Assembly (NCBI GenBank): GCA_028718605.1
Contig: JAQULM010000002.1
Location: 1,776-65,775, forward strand
Length of the DNA stretch: 64,000 nt
Reading direction: 5' to 3'
Origin: Patescibacteria group bacterium
GTDB lineage: Bacteria > Patescibacteriota > Patescibacteriia > UBA10025 > JAHIVO01
In this document: piece by piece, positions 1 through 9,215 of the stretch
Position numbering within the stretch: position 1 is the stretch's first letter
Layout: each line of letters opens with the position of its first letter
The notes under the pieces: generated by a model
What the model was told of the DNA's origin: nothing
What the model saw: the letters and a program-made list of their open reading frames with translations, nothing else
Databases searched by the model: none
Position numbers and translations under genes: made by a program

Positions 1-740
1 TCCCAGCGTTCGTCGTCAATGTCATATTCCCAGAGCTCATCCGTATTCCTGCCGCGCACAGTGTAGAGTTTTCCGGTTCCATTGGAAGCGATTGATGATC
101 CCAGGCCAAACGTGTCAGGCGCGTCGGTCGATTTGGACCACGCGTCCGATGCAATGTCATACTGGTACATGTGCTTAGTCGCTTGCTCCGTCTCGTTCTG
201 CTCGCCGCCGGAAATCGCGAAAATCGTATGAGTGTACGCATCATAGGCAATCGACCCGCCGTAATAAAACACGGTCGGCGCGCTCGCAAGCTGCTTCCAG
301 GTATTTGTTTCGGGATTGTAACGGAATAAGTACGGCCGGCGGTTGCCGACAATCTGGTAGATATACGTGCCGTCAGTCGTCAAATCGGCTCCGTATGACG
401 GCCCGTCGTACGTCCAGTAGTCATAGCCGGCTGTGTCGGTCTGGTATCCGATCGAGCTCGTGTCCCACGTACCGCCTCCGCGCTTAATCACGAGTTTATC
501 CGTATATGTCTTTGTATCAAGGGTGTTGGGGTAGTACTCTCCCGCTTCCCACTCAGCCTGCGTGTCGATGGTATATGATGCTGCGGCCGCAAGCGTTGCC
601 TGGTAATAAAAATAAAAAAGGCCGGCGGTCACCATGACGATGAGCCCGGCTAGAATGAGCGGGCGGTATGCACGCAGAAACTGGGTCAATGCATAGAGAA
701 AATTTAAAAACCGCTCACGGTATCCGAAACCGGTGAGCAT
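1..740 (-). CDS. Kelch-like beta-propeller protein with N-terminal membrane anchor; 5' part only, runs off the window edge
   Basis: Manual minus-strand translation (absent from the ORF track): MLTGFGYRERF..LAGLIVMVTAGLFYFYYQ, then repeats 'YLFRYNPETNTWKQLASAP', 'MYQYDIASDAWSKSTDAP', 'ELWEYDIDDERW'. Alternative in-frame ATG at 815. Confidence 0.75.
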   Translation of the reverse strand, partial: MLTGFGYRERFLNFLYALTQFLRAYRPLILAGLIVMVTAGLFYFYYQATLAAAASYTIDTQAEWEAGEYYPNTLDTKTYTDKLVIKRGGGTWDTSSIGYQTDTAGYDYWTYDGPSYGADLTTDGTYIYQIVGNRRPYLFRYNPETNTWKQLASAPTVFYYGGSIAYDAYTHTIFAISGGEQNETEQATKHMYQYDIASDAWSKSTDAPDTFGLGSSIASNGTGKLYTVRGRNTDELWEYDIDDERW

Positions 741-1163
741 TCTTTTCCCTTTTGGCAAAGCACCATTCGGCCGTAATCCAAGAGCAGCACTGTACCTTCT
801 GGTACGAATTTGCATGTATGGCTGTGCCGCTATCCGGCGATTACGCCGTGAGCATGCCTTTTTGATAGTTTTTTTATTACTAACTCGCGCAGCCATTGAG
901 TACGACTACATCAATAATCTGTACTAAAAAATGAGGGGCATTGGTACCCGAAAAATGGAAAAAATTCTTTTGGATTACAATATTATTGTAACACACTTTT
1001 TGAAAAAAATCAATCAGAAGGTCCCCCAACAACCCGATAAAGAGCTACAGCGACATTATTCATGGCTACTTTAATAAACAGAGCCATTTTTAATCAAAAA
1101 ATATGCCGATATCCCAAATCTTTTCTTGGACAAATATCAGACAATGCCACATAATTACAATGT

Positions 1164-2144
1164 ATGAAAAAAAGTACTATCATCAGTGCGGCACTGTCAT
1201 GCGTGATCGGAGTGGTTATCGGATGGTTCGGCTATTCCGCTCTCAACAATGAGGGCGCGGCAAATTCTCGTGGACTCCCAGTACGACAGGGGGGATACGA
1301 GTTCATTAATCCGCTTCTTGAATGTGAAATCAATGCCGGACTTGAATCAATTGATTTGAAAAGCTTCAAGGGCACCATTGAACAAGAAGTGCATGCGCTT
1401 TTGTCGGATACAGCGATCAGCCATATATCGGTATATTACCGGGACTTGAATAATGGGCCGTGGTACGGCATTAATGAGAAAGAAAATTTCAAGCCTGCAA
1501 GTCTCCTGAAAGTGCCCGTCATGATCGCCTACTATAAAATGGCGGAAACCGATCCTGCAATTTTCGATACATCTCTGACGGTGAATCCAACGCAATCCAC
1601 TGGTTCGAATACCAGTGAAAATTTAACGGCTGGCGCAAACTACTCCGTACAACAGCTCATCGAGATAATGATTGTCAGGTCTGACAACTTGGCATTCGAA
1701 ATGCTCGCCGGCAACATCGGCGACGAACGGATTCAGCAAATCCATCGCGACCTCGGACTCACGACGATCAGCTCTGATACGCCGGAAGATTTTATCAGCG
1801 TCAAAGCCTACGCGTCGCTCTTTCGAATCCTCTACAATGCTTCCTACCTAAACAGGGATATGTCCGAGAAGGCACTTGAATTATTAAGCCGGTCAGATTT
1901 TAATTACGGCCTGGCCGCAGGAGTGCCTGGCTCAATCAAAATCGCAAACAAGTTTGGAGTGGTCGGCGCAGAAGGAGACGGCACAAAGCAGCTCCATGAT
2001 TGCGGCATCATCTACTATCCGAATCACCCATACTTGCTGTGCATCATGACGCGCGGCGGAGACATGAACAAGCTCACATCCGCGATAGGAACGATCTCAA
2101 GTACGATTTTCGGGGAAATCGAAAAAAAATACGGTACGCCCTAG
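1164..2144 (+). CDS. Class A beta-lactamase-like serine hydrolase, membrane anchored
   Basis: N-terminal TM; SxxK (PASLLK), SDN, KTG-equivalent KFG; 'HDCGIIY..HPYLLCIMT' C-terminus. Confidence 0.85.
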   Translation: MKKSTIISAALSCVIGVVIGWFGYSALNNEGAANSRGLPVRQGGYEFINPLLECEINAGLESIDLKSFKGTIEQEVHALLSDTAISHISVYYRDLNNGPWYGINEKENFKPASLLKVPVMIAYYKMAETDPAIFDTSLTVNPTQSTGSNTSENLTAGANYSVQQLIEIMIVRSDNLAFEMLAGNIGDERIQQIHRDLGLTTISSDTPEDFISVKAYASLFRILYNASYLNRDMSEKALELLSRSDFNYGLAAGVPGSIKIANKFGVVGAEGDGTKQLHDCGIIYYPNHPYLLCIMTRGGDMNKLTSAIGTISSTIFGEIEKKYGTP

Positions 2145-2278
2145 GAGCGCCTAATATATATCCCAGCATTAACGGCCGAGGCTAGTTTTTTGCATAAAAA
2201 GCAAGGCGGCCATCAATTGCCCGGCCCCCTTCTCCCCCCCCTCTTGCCCCTTTCACCCTTTTCGCTCCTTTCCACCTG

Positions 2279-2770
2279 TTACATCCGGTACATAACCCAG
2301 AGCGCGAGAAAGAAAAAAATCGCTGCATGCAATCCCGCAAACACATCATCAAGTATAACTCCCCACCGATTTGCCCATCGGTCCGCAATTTTTGCTACTC
2401 CGAATTTCAACGTGTCAAAAATGCGGAATAGCAGAAACCCGACGGCAACATTTAGAACGTTTTTTTCAAAATAAAACAAAGGCAGGAACGTAATCATCAT
2501 GCCCGCCCACTCGTCAATGACAATTTGCTTATTGTCGTGTTTGCGGCCGCCGTGTTGTGTAAAATAGGCGTCAGCGATTCCAGCGACTGATACGCCAACC
2601 GCAACGACACACGCGAGAATAGCACAATACCCCCACAACGGCAGTTCGAGGAACCCCCACGCGATCAGTGCCATGGCAAAGGCACCCCATGTCCCCGGCG
2701 CCCACGGGAGGTATCCGCTGCCCAATCCGGTTGCGATAAAAATTGCCGCTCGCTGTCGGTACGTCTTCAT
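2279..2770 (-). CDS. pgpA: Phosphatidylglycerophosphatase A
   Basis: 'GLGSGYLPWAPGTWG', 'IVIDEWAG', 'FRIFDTLK', 'GVILDDVFAG'; start set at MKTYRQ. Confidence 0.9.
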   Translation of the reverse strand: MKTYRQRAAIFIATGLGSGYLPWAPGTWGAFAMALIAWGFLELPLWGYCAILACVVAVGVSVAGIADAYFTQHGGRKHDNKQIVIDEWAGMMITFLPLFYFEKNVLNVAVGFLLFRIFDTLKFGVAKIADRWANRWGVILDDVFAGLHAAIFFFLALWVMYRM

Positions 2771-2771
2771 C

Positions 2772-3248
2772 CTAGGAAGGCATAAAAAGTGAAAAGAGGA
2801 GCTCGTCCTTGCCGTTGTGGTAATGGTCACGCAGAACGGCTTCCTGCTGCATCCCTTTATTCAGAAAAAATTCTTTTATATGCGCGCAATCGGCATGGAT
2901 CATGGAAAATATTTTCCGCAAGCGGTACCCGCGTTCTTTGTAAAAGTAATCAGCTTCCGCAACCATCACATCAAACAGCATTTCCTTCACGTATTGGGGG
3001 TCCATAACGGAACGCGCGATAGCGAGGCGTGTCAGCTCTGCCACACCGTGCTTCAAGAGCCCCTGCGGACGCCACCCAATGATCCCGACAATAGTGCCGT
3101 CGTCTTCCGCGATTCTGAAATGCTGATATGAACATTCGGACTGGAAGCGGGCGTGCGCTTCTTCCAATGTATTGAACGAGTATTTCTCCGCCATGAGTCT
3201 TGAAACCGCCCCGCTGTCGTCGAGCGTGGCTCTCCGTACCTGTACCAT
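2772..3248 (-). CDS. GNAT family N-acetyltransferase
   Basis: 'VRRATLDD', 'IAEDDGTIVG', 'FFLNKGMQQEAVLRDHYHNGKDELLFS' (RimI/RimJ-like tail). Confidence 0.75.
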   Translation of the reverse strand: MVQVRRATLDDSGAVSRLMAEKYSFNTLEEAHARFQSECSYQHFRIAEDDGTIVGIIGWRPQGLLKHGVAELTRLAIARSVMDPQYVKEMLFDVMVAEADYFYKERGYRLRKIFSMIHADCAHIKEFFLNKGMQQEAVLRDHYHNGKDELLFSLFMPS

Positions 3249-3260
3249 GTATTTTTAAAA

Positions 3261-4010
3261 TTATTGGTTAATGTTCTCCGCGGCTGTTGTTCCGAGTTTG
3301 CCGTCAATCACTGCCTTGAACTCATCGAGTGATTGGGCGCCGATGACTTTTTCGCCGTTGATGTCAAACGTAGGGGTTGAACTGATATCTTGATCGCGGG
3401 CAACATCCGTATCACGGTCAACCTCGTCCGCCATACTGCCCGAATCCAGACACTGCGCGAACGAATCGCGATTCATCCCAACTTGTTCCGCAAACGCCTT
3501 CAGCCGATCGAGCGCATCGTCTGCGTCGGCCCACTCCGACTGCTTTGAAAACGCAAGCTTCTGGAACTCCCAGAATTTTCCCTGGTCGAAAGCACATTCC
3601 CCTGCTTCATGTGACTTCTCCGACCAGCGGTGCCCTAAATTGAATCCATTGAATACTATCGTAACGTCATTGGGATACGCGGCTGCGATTTCTTCCACGG
3701 TGGGTGCCGCTGCTGCGCACGCAGGGCATGTCAGGTCAGAATATTCCGTAATAACTACTGATGCGTTCTGCGGGCCAAGCGCAGGATTCGCCCGGTTCGA
3801 ATTGGTGTTTGAGGAACTCGAGCGAGAGCCTATGAATGACACATACCAAACAATGCCGACGATAACAGCCGCCCCTCCCCAGACAAATATGCGCACGAAG
3901 ATGCTCTTCCTCTGCGCATGTTCACGCTCGCGGACTTTCTCTTGCTTCCTGAGTTCACGGCGCTGTCGCTTTGTTAATGGCTGAACTTCCTGTTGGTTTT
4001 CGTGTGACAT
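3261..4010 (-). CDS. DsbA family thiol-disulfide oxidoreductase, membrane anchored
   Basis: TM helix, 'EYSDLTCPAC' CxxC, 'QGKFWEF', cis-Pro loop 'STPTFDING'. Confidence 0.9.
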   Translation of the reverse strand: MSHENQQEVQPLTKRQRRELRKQEKVREREHAQRKSIFVRIFVWGGAAVIVGIVWYVSFIGSRSSSSNTNSNRANPALGPQNASVVITEYSDLTCPACAAAAPTVEEIAAAYPNDVTIVFNGFNLGHRWSEKSHEAGECAFDQGKFWEFQKLAFSKQSEWADADDALDRLKAFAEQVGMNRDSFAQCLDSGSMADEVDRDTDVARDQDISSTPTFDINGEKVIGAQSLDEFKAVIDGKLGTTAAENINQ

Positions 4011-4083
4011 ATGATGAGGGGTAAAAAATAGAACGATAGTGAATTACACTACTGCCCGCATTGAAGAATCAATACCCTGCCAA

Positions 4084-4455
4084 TTATCGTCCCTGTTCTG
4101 CCGTAACGTTCGCGCGTACCCGATCCCGCCCTTTCTTATACGCAAACATGATCCCGCACGCGAGCAGGTAGGTAATGGCGAGCGGAAGCACAAGCTCAAA
4201 CAGGACTCCGATCGCTTTCTGGCCGATAGTGACATCAGACCATTGCAACGTTGTGCTGCCGAGCGGCGCCGTTCTCCCGCTCATCGCAATAATGCCGATC
4301 AGCATGATCAAGTAAGGCAGCGGCTGTACAATCAGGTTAAAATCACCTGCCGTACCGCTCGCCGTCCGTGAGACGACATACTCGACCGCAAAGAAAAACG
4401 GAAACAGAAAGGTTAGCAGGAGCTTCGCAATTGTTGGCTTGAAAAAATCTTTCAT
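4084..4455 (-). CDS. Hypothetical small membrane protein (about 3 TM)
   Basis: MKDFFKPTIAKLLL start; hydrophobic segments; TGCTATACT -10 box just upstream. Confidence 0.65.
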   Translation of the reverse strand: MKDFFKPTIAKLLLTFLFPFFFAVEYVVSRTASGTAGDFNLIVQPLPYLIMLIGIIAMSGRTAPLGSTTLQWSDVTIGQKAIGVLFELVLPLAITYLLACGIMFAYKKGRDRVRANVTAEQGR

Positions 4456-4494
4456 ACTAACAGTAGTATAGCACATATTGTGCCATCCCGCACA

Positions 4495-5595
4495 CTAGAG
4501 CGTATGGTTCCGAATCGCCCCCCTGATAGCTTCCATCAGCTGCATATAAAAATGGATATTATGGATTGTTGCCAGCTGCGCGGCGAGCGGATCAGCTGTT
4601 TGGAATAAATGCCGAACGTATGCCCGGCTATACGTGCGGCAAGTACTGCAATTGCATGTATCGCTAATCGGTTTTAAATCGGCGGAATACCGTGACTGCT
4701 GGATCCGCATCGTGGTATAAAACGTTCCGGAGAACCGATGGTGTTTCCACACATACAGGAGCCCATGCCGTGCATTTCTTGTGGGAAGGACGCAGTCAAA
4801 CATATCGATCCCCTGCCGCACAGCGTCAACAATCTGTCCCGGCACGCCGACGCCCATGAGATACCGAGGCGCTCGATCCGGCAGCAAGGATGCAGCACTA
4901 CGGATTATCGTGCGCATGGCGCTCATCGGTTCGCCGACGGCAAGGCCGCCGAGAGCGTATCCATCGAAACCCATCGGAACAATCTGCTGCGCGCTCATGC
5001 GGCGCAAATCAGGATAGGTAGCCCCCTGCACGATCCCGAAGAGCAGCCGCTTCCGCGGCGCATGGCGCCTAAACTCCCGCAATCCGCGCAGCGCCCATCG
5101 CGACGTTAGTTCGAGAGAAGCGAGCGCAGAACGGCGTGTTGTTGGGAACGGCAGGCATTCATCAAGACTCATCATGATGTCTGACCCGAGGGCACACTGG
5201 ATCGCGATCGCGCGCTCCGGTGTCAAGAGATACCGCGTACCATCCCGCTCGGATACAAACGCCGCGCCGCGTTCACTGATCGTACGATGCTTGGCAAGAG
5301 AAAAAACCTGGTATCCGCCCGAATCAGTCAGAATGGGGCCATGCCAGCCCATGAAACCATGAAGCCCTCGGAACCGGCGAATCACGGGGAGGCCCGGCCG
5401 CTGCCATAGATGGTAGGTATTAGCCAAAACGATCTCCGCACCCGCTGCACGCACGTTCTCGGCTGCAACCGCCTTTATGCTGCCACGTGTCGCGATCGGC
5501 ATAAAGCACGGCGTGCGTACGGCACCGTGTGCGGTATGGAGCATGCCAACCCGGGCATGCGAGAGTACGCTTTTTTTCACAATACGATAGTGCAT
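4495..5595 (-). CDS. tgt: Queuine tRNA-ribosyltransferase
   Basis: 'NTYHL', 'LTDSGGYQVFSL', 'GIVQG', 'GGLAVGE', 'DMFDCVLPTRNARHG', Zn site CNCSTC..H. Confidence 0.97.
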   Translation of the reverse strand: MHYRIVKKSVLSHARVGMLHTAHGAVRTPCFMPIATRGSIKAVAAENVRAAGAEIVLANTYHLWQRPGLPVIRRFRGLHGFMGWHGPILTDSGGYQVFSLAKHRTISERGAAFVSERDGTRYLLTPERAIAIQCALGSDIMMSLDECLPFPTTRRSALASLELTSRWALRGLREFRRHAPRKRLLFGIVQGATYPDLRRMSAQQIVPMGFDGYALGGLAVGEPMSAMRTIIRSAASLLPDRAPRYLMGVGVPGQIVDAVRQGIDMFDCVLPTRNARHGLLYVWKHHRFSGTFYTTMRIQQSRYSADLKPISDTCNCSTCRTYSRAYVRHLFQTADPLAAQLATIHNIHFYMQLMEAIRGAIRNHTL

Positions 5596-5629
5596 AGACA
5601 AAAAGTGTTTTTTTTCCTACAGTTATACT

Positions 5630-6298
5630 ATGGACGACACAACGGTCAGTAAAACATTCTTGGGAACCATTATCGACAAGCGGGATGCGATCTTCACTTC
5701 GCTTGTGAAGCGTCTGCCTGCATCAATGACTCCGAATGCGATAACGATCGCCCGCATATGCCTATTGATACCCATTTATATCGCCTACCGATACCATGCG
5801 TATACGGCTGTACTCGTGCTCTTCGCCATCTCTCTCGTTTCTGATGCCTTGGACGGGGCACAAGCTCGATTCCGGAACCAGGTAACGACGCTTGGCAAAC
5901 TGCTCGATCCTGCGGCAGATAAAATTATTTTCGTTGGGGTGCTGCTGATGGTCGCCCCCCATCGCTTGAGCACTGCTGCTATTATCACAATACTGTCACT
6001 CGAAATACTCCTCGTCCTGTTCGCAACCGTATTCGGCCCCCTTGCTGTGCATTTATTTAAAACGCCACGGAAGGTGGGCGCAAACATCGGAGGAAAAATT
6101 AAAATGAGCCTCGAAGGCGCGTCGGTCATCCTGCTCCTCTGCGGGCTTTCCAGTGAATGGGTTTGGATGATTGCAGAAGTAGTTATGTGGCTTGCAGCGG
6201 GGTTTGCGTTGTTCAGCATGTACCTCCACGTAACCACCAAAGAAACCAATAGAACGACAGCTGCGCCGCATAGCTCGGAGAATAACACAACCGCGTAG
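5630..6298 (+). CDS. CDP-alcohol phosphatidyltransferase (PgsA-like)
   Basis: 'TPNAITIAR' and signature DALDGAQAR..G.LLDPAADK. Confidence 0.9.
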   Translation: MDDTTVSKTFLGTIIDKRDAIFTSLVKRLPASMTPNAITIARICLLIPIYIAYRYHAYTAVLVLFAISLVSDALDGAQARFRNQVTTLGKLLDPAADKIIFVGVLLMVAPHRLSTAAIITILSLEILLVLFATVFGPLAVHLFKTPRKVGANIGGKIKMSLEGASVILLLCGLSSEWVWMIAEVVMWLAAGFALFSMYLHVTTKETNRTTAAPHSSENNTTA

Positions 6299-6309
6299 CA
6301 TACCCCCTG

Positions 6310-8421
6310 CTAGTGAGCGTTGTTTACATTGCTCGCCGTGTTTGAATTCGCGGACCGGTTCGTATTGCTGTTTGTCGTTCCGCTCGCCTGCACGGTTCCT
6401 TTTCCGACAGCGACAGGATCATGGTCGCAGTTGGACGTCAATGATTCCACCGTATCGCTAACTGTCGTACCCGTAAACAAATCTAAGCCCTGCACCGTAC
6501 TTTTTTGGAGAAGAATTAATAAATCGCCAATATCGGCTGATGCCGGCTGAACAGACACTCCGAACCGCGCACTTAATTCCGGAATTGCCTGGCCAACCTG
6601 CGGCGGAACCTTATTAATCGACCACGTTATCCTGCGTGTCGCACGGTCAAAATATATACTTCCCGCCGACGCTTCACTGTCGTCAACCCATACCACGCTC
6701 TCCGGTAGCTGCGCCATAACGGTGACGTCCTGCACTTCATTTGAATTATTCTGGATATACCAATACAGCTGGTATGTTGTTGTTTTGCCGACGACAGGAG
6801 GCAGGGGGCCGCTTCCGACCGCGATATACTCATCGTTGTAGTACCGCGCCTCGCCGAATACATCAAGCTTGCTCGCTACCTTCGCGAGAATTTCATTACT
6901 CGCTACTTCCAGCACGCCACCTTCTAAATCCGTAACATCCTGCGACTTCGCAGAGGCTGCGGCTGATATTGTATAATTCTTCTCGTCGGATGATTGCGCG
7001 CGCACCGTATCTTTTACCTTCACGCTGAATTGGAGCGTCCCAGTGTCACCGGGGTTGATCTGGGCCAAATCGTCAATTTGTTGGGCGTCCCACGAGATCG
7101 TTGCATTGGCTACGGTGCCGTTGTTCGAATCAACAACCGTCACCCAATCAATGACTAAACTATCCAGCGTCACGGCGAGTGACATGTTCTTTATCGTCGA
7201 TTGGCTCTTGTTGTCGTAGGTTAGCTCATACTCGAGCGTTTCACCGAACGCAACGACGGTTTCGTTGCTGCTGCCACCGAGGGCTAAATTAAGGAGTAGC
7301 TGAGGATTGACGACGGTAATAATCGGCGCTTCTTCAGCTTGCACCTGGAAATCTCCGGCAGTATCAACATACCCGACTTGAATAGTAAGCTCGCGCATTG
7401 AGCCTTCGTCTGCCGTTAGGATTCCATTGAAAGACAGCGAATATTCCTCCCGCGCATCCATCGTACCCATCTGCCAAATCGTTTCGGTCGAAGACCGTGG
7501 CTGGGGATTATAATCTGTGGCGGCAAAACCTTCAGGCAGGACGAGCCGGAGCTGTACATTATCCATTGCCTGCGGAGCGCTGTTCGAAACACTGACTTCA
7601 TACGGCGCTTCCTGGCCGGATATGACCTTTACTGGCATTTGCATACCAATTATAAAAATTGAACTATCGATTAAAACCGAGTACTGTTTCTGCTGGCTGA
7701 ATTCTGAATTGAAATTCGCCGGCGTATAGGTAACAGAGACATCGAATAATGCTGATGTCCCGACAGCAGCGAGCACGGTGCCTGTCAGGTGGATAGTTTC
7801 TGATTGCCCACGGCGAATGCTTCCGATGTCCCATGAATTCTGTGCGACGTTCGTTGCTGCAGGATTCGCGCTCGTTAAAGAGAATCCTTGCGGGTACTGG
7901 AGTCTCAGGGCGACGTTCTCGAGGTCGACGGCTGCCTCGTTCCGGACTCGCACGGTCAGCGCCAATTCGCCTCCGGCAGCAACTGTCGGATTAGCGTCAA
8001 TTTCTATCAAGACATCCTCGCCGCGGAATGCCCGCTGGCGGCTCGAAAAATATTCGAACCCCGCGACGGTGACAGCCGCAATGCACAGAACGACGATAAC
8101 AATGAATGCGATAGTTTTTTTCTTCCGGTTCGGGTCTTTGCGATCAATGGTCGACATGTCGACTGGCGTATCGCCGCGTTTACCACCGCCTTTGCCGCGG
8201 TACAGTGCTGCGATATCTTTTGGCGACACTTGGGGGCTGGAAAACACAACATCACCATTCTCGCACTCATCCTCAGGTTCGACCGTAATATGCTGTGCCT
8301 CAGAAGCACGCTCGTCAGGCTTTTTTACCGCGGCATCATCGGTTGCCGGCACATCCGGATCGGTGTTTCCGCGCTGGCTACCGCGAGTACGCCGGCTGTT
8401 TTGTTTCGTTCGTGGGGGCAT
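6310..8421 (-). CDS. Membrane-anchored protein with tandem Ig-like/DUF11-like beta domains
   Basis: Charged N-terminus, one TM, repeated 'Y.V.V.N....NV.L...P.GF...W.IG.I..G' modules, Asn-rich tail. Confidence 0.7.
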   Translation of the reverse strand: MPPRTKQNSRRTRGSQRGNTDPDVPATDDAAVKKPDERASEAQHITVEPEDECENGDVVFSSPQVSPKDIAALYRGKGGGKRGDTPVDMSTIDRKDPNRKKKTIAFIVIVVLCIAAVTVAGFEYFSSRQRAFRGEDVLIEIDANPTVAAGGELALTVRVRNEAAVDLENVALRLQYPQGFSLTSANPAATNVAQNSWDIGSIRRGQSETIHLTGTVLAAVGTSALFDVSVTYTPANFNSEFSQQKQYSVLIDSSIFIIGMQMPVKVISGQEAPYEVSVSNSAPQAMDNVQLRLVLPEGFAATDYNPQPRSSTETIWQMGTMDAREEYSLSFNGILTADEGSMRELTIQVGYVDTAGDFQVQAEEAPIITVVNPQLLLNLALGGSSNETVVAFGETLEYELTYDNKSQSTIKNMSLAVTLDSLVIDWVTVVDSNNGTVANATISWDAQQIDDLAQINPGDTGTLQFSVKVKDTVRAQSSDEKNYTISAAASAKSQDVTDLEGGVLEVASNEILAKVASKLDVFGEARYYNDEYIAVGSGPLPPVVGKTTTYQLYWYIQNNSNEVQDVTVMAQLPESVVWVDDSEASAGSIYFDRATRRITWSINKVPPQVGQAIPELSARFGVSVQPASADIGDLLILLQKSTVQGLDLFTGTTVSDTVESLTSNCDHDPVAVGKGTVQASGTTNSNTNRSANSNTASNVNNAH

Positions 8422-8449
8422 ATGATATTGTGCGGTTATTATACCAAAA

Positions 8450-9202
8450 TTACCGTACCCGTAAAACGGAAAGGAGCTTACAGTCCCGCTCGAGGGTATA
8501 ATTGCAATACTCGCTCGTTACGACCGTGCATTCATTCCTTGTCGTGCTTGCGGCACGCACCTTGAGCAGGGCAGGAAGCGTGTGGCGGCAAACGAACCGT
8601 ATAAGCTTGATAGTGTTTGCGGACACCATGCGCCCGGTACCGCGTTCCGCGTGGCACTGCCCGCACACGAGCCCGCCGCGCTGGTAGCTGAAAAGAATGC
8701 GCCCTTCCTCCAATCCGCGCTTACATGCCGTACATGCATGCATATGGGGGCCATACCCGAGGTATGTAAGAAGCCGCCACACGCCATACCACGCGATAGC
8801 GTGCAAACGCCCAACCGACACTGCAGGAACGCTGAGCGCAGCAAAAACTTCCAGAACCAACTCATATACCCGCACATCGCGCTGGCGGTCCTTCGTCGCA
8901 TTGCAGACGATATCCGAAAACCGTCCCGCAAGGTACAGCGCGGGGAGTTTCCAGGAGGAAACGCGAAACTGCGCAACAACTTCAGCGGCGGTGATAATAT
9001 CGAATGTCCGCCCCCGCACGACAGTCAGGTCTGCAACCGTAAACGGCTGGAGATTGCCAGCGAGCTTGCTTAACACTTTCCGTGATCCCCGTGCAATCAT
9101 AGTCAACCGGCCGAATTCCTTTGTGAATACGGTAACGAGCCGATCAGCTTCCCGGTACGGCTGGTGCTTCAAGAGTATCCCCTGGGTACTGTAGCTACCC
9201 AT
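8450..9202 (-). CDS. recO: DNA repair protein RecO
   Basis: 'GILLKHQPYREADRLVTVFTKEFGRL..ARGSRK'; Zn finger CTAC..CGQC. Confidence 0.95.
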   Translation of the reverse strand: MGSYSTQGILLKHQPYREADRLVTVFTKEFGRLTMIARGSRKVLSKLAGNLQPFTVADLTVVRGRTFDIITAAEVVAQFRVSSWKLPALYLAGRFSDIVCNATKDRQRDVRVYELVLEVFAALSVPAVSVGRLHAIAWYGVWRLLTYLGYGPHMHACTACKRGLEEGRILFSYQRGGLVCGQCHAERGTGRMVSANTIKLIRFVCRHTLPALLKVRAASTTRNECTVVTSEYCNYTLERDCKLLSVLRVR

Positions 9203-9215
9203 ATGGATTTTGTCA

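Noticed and set aside
975-991. Palindrome TTACAATA-T-TATTGTAA upstream of the beta-lactamase-like gene as a BlaI/MecI operator
   Set aside because: Spacing differs from TACA-N2-TGTA, no blaI/blaR in the window, and back-to-back TACAAT -10 boxes of divergent genes explain it.
4495-5595. Tgt as a queuine-salvage (eukaryote-like) variant
   Set aside because: DEC and GGLAVGE motifs keep the Cys/Val pocket of ordinary preQ1-type bacterial Tgt.
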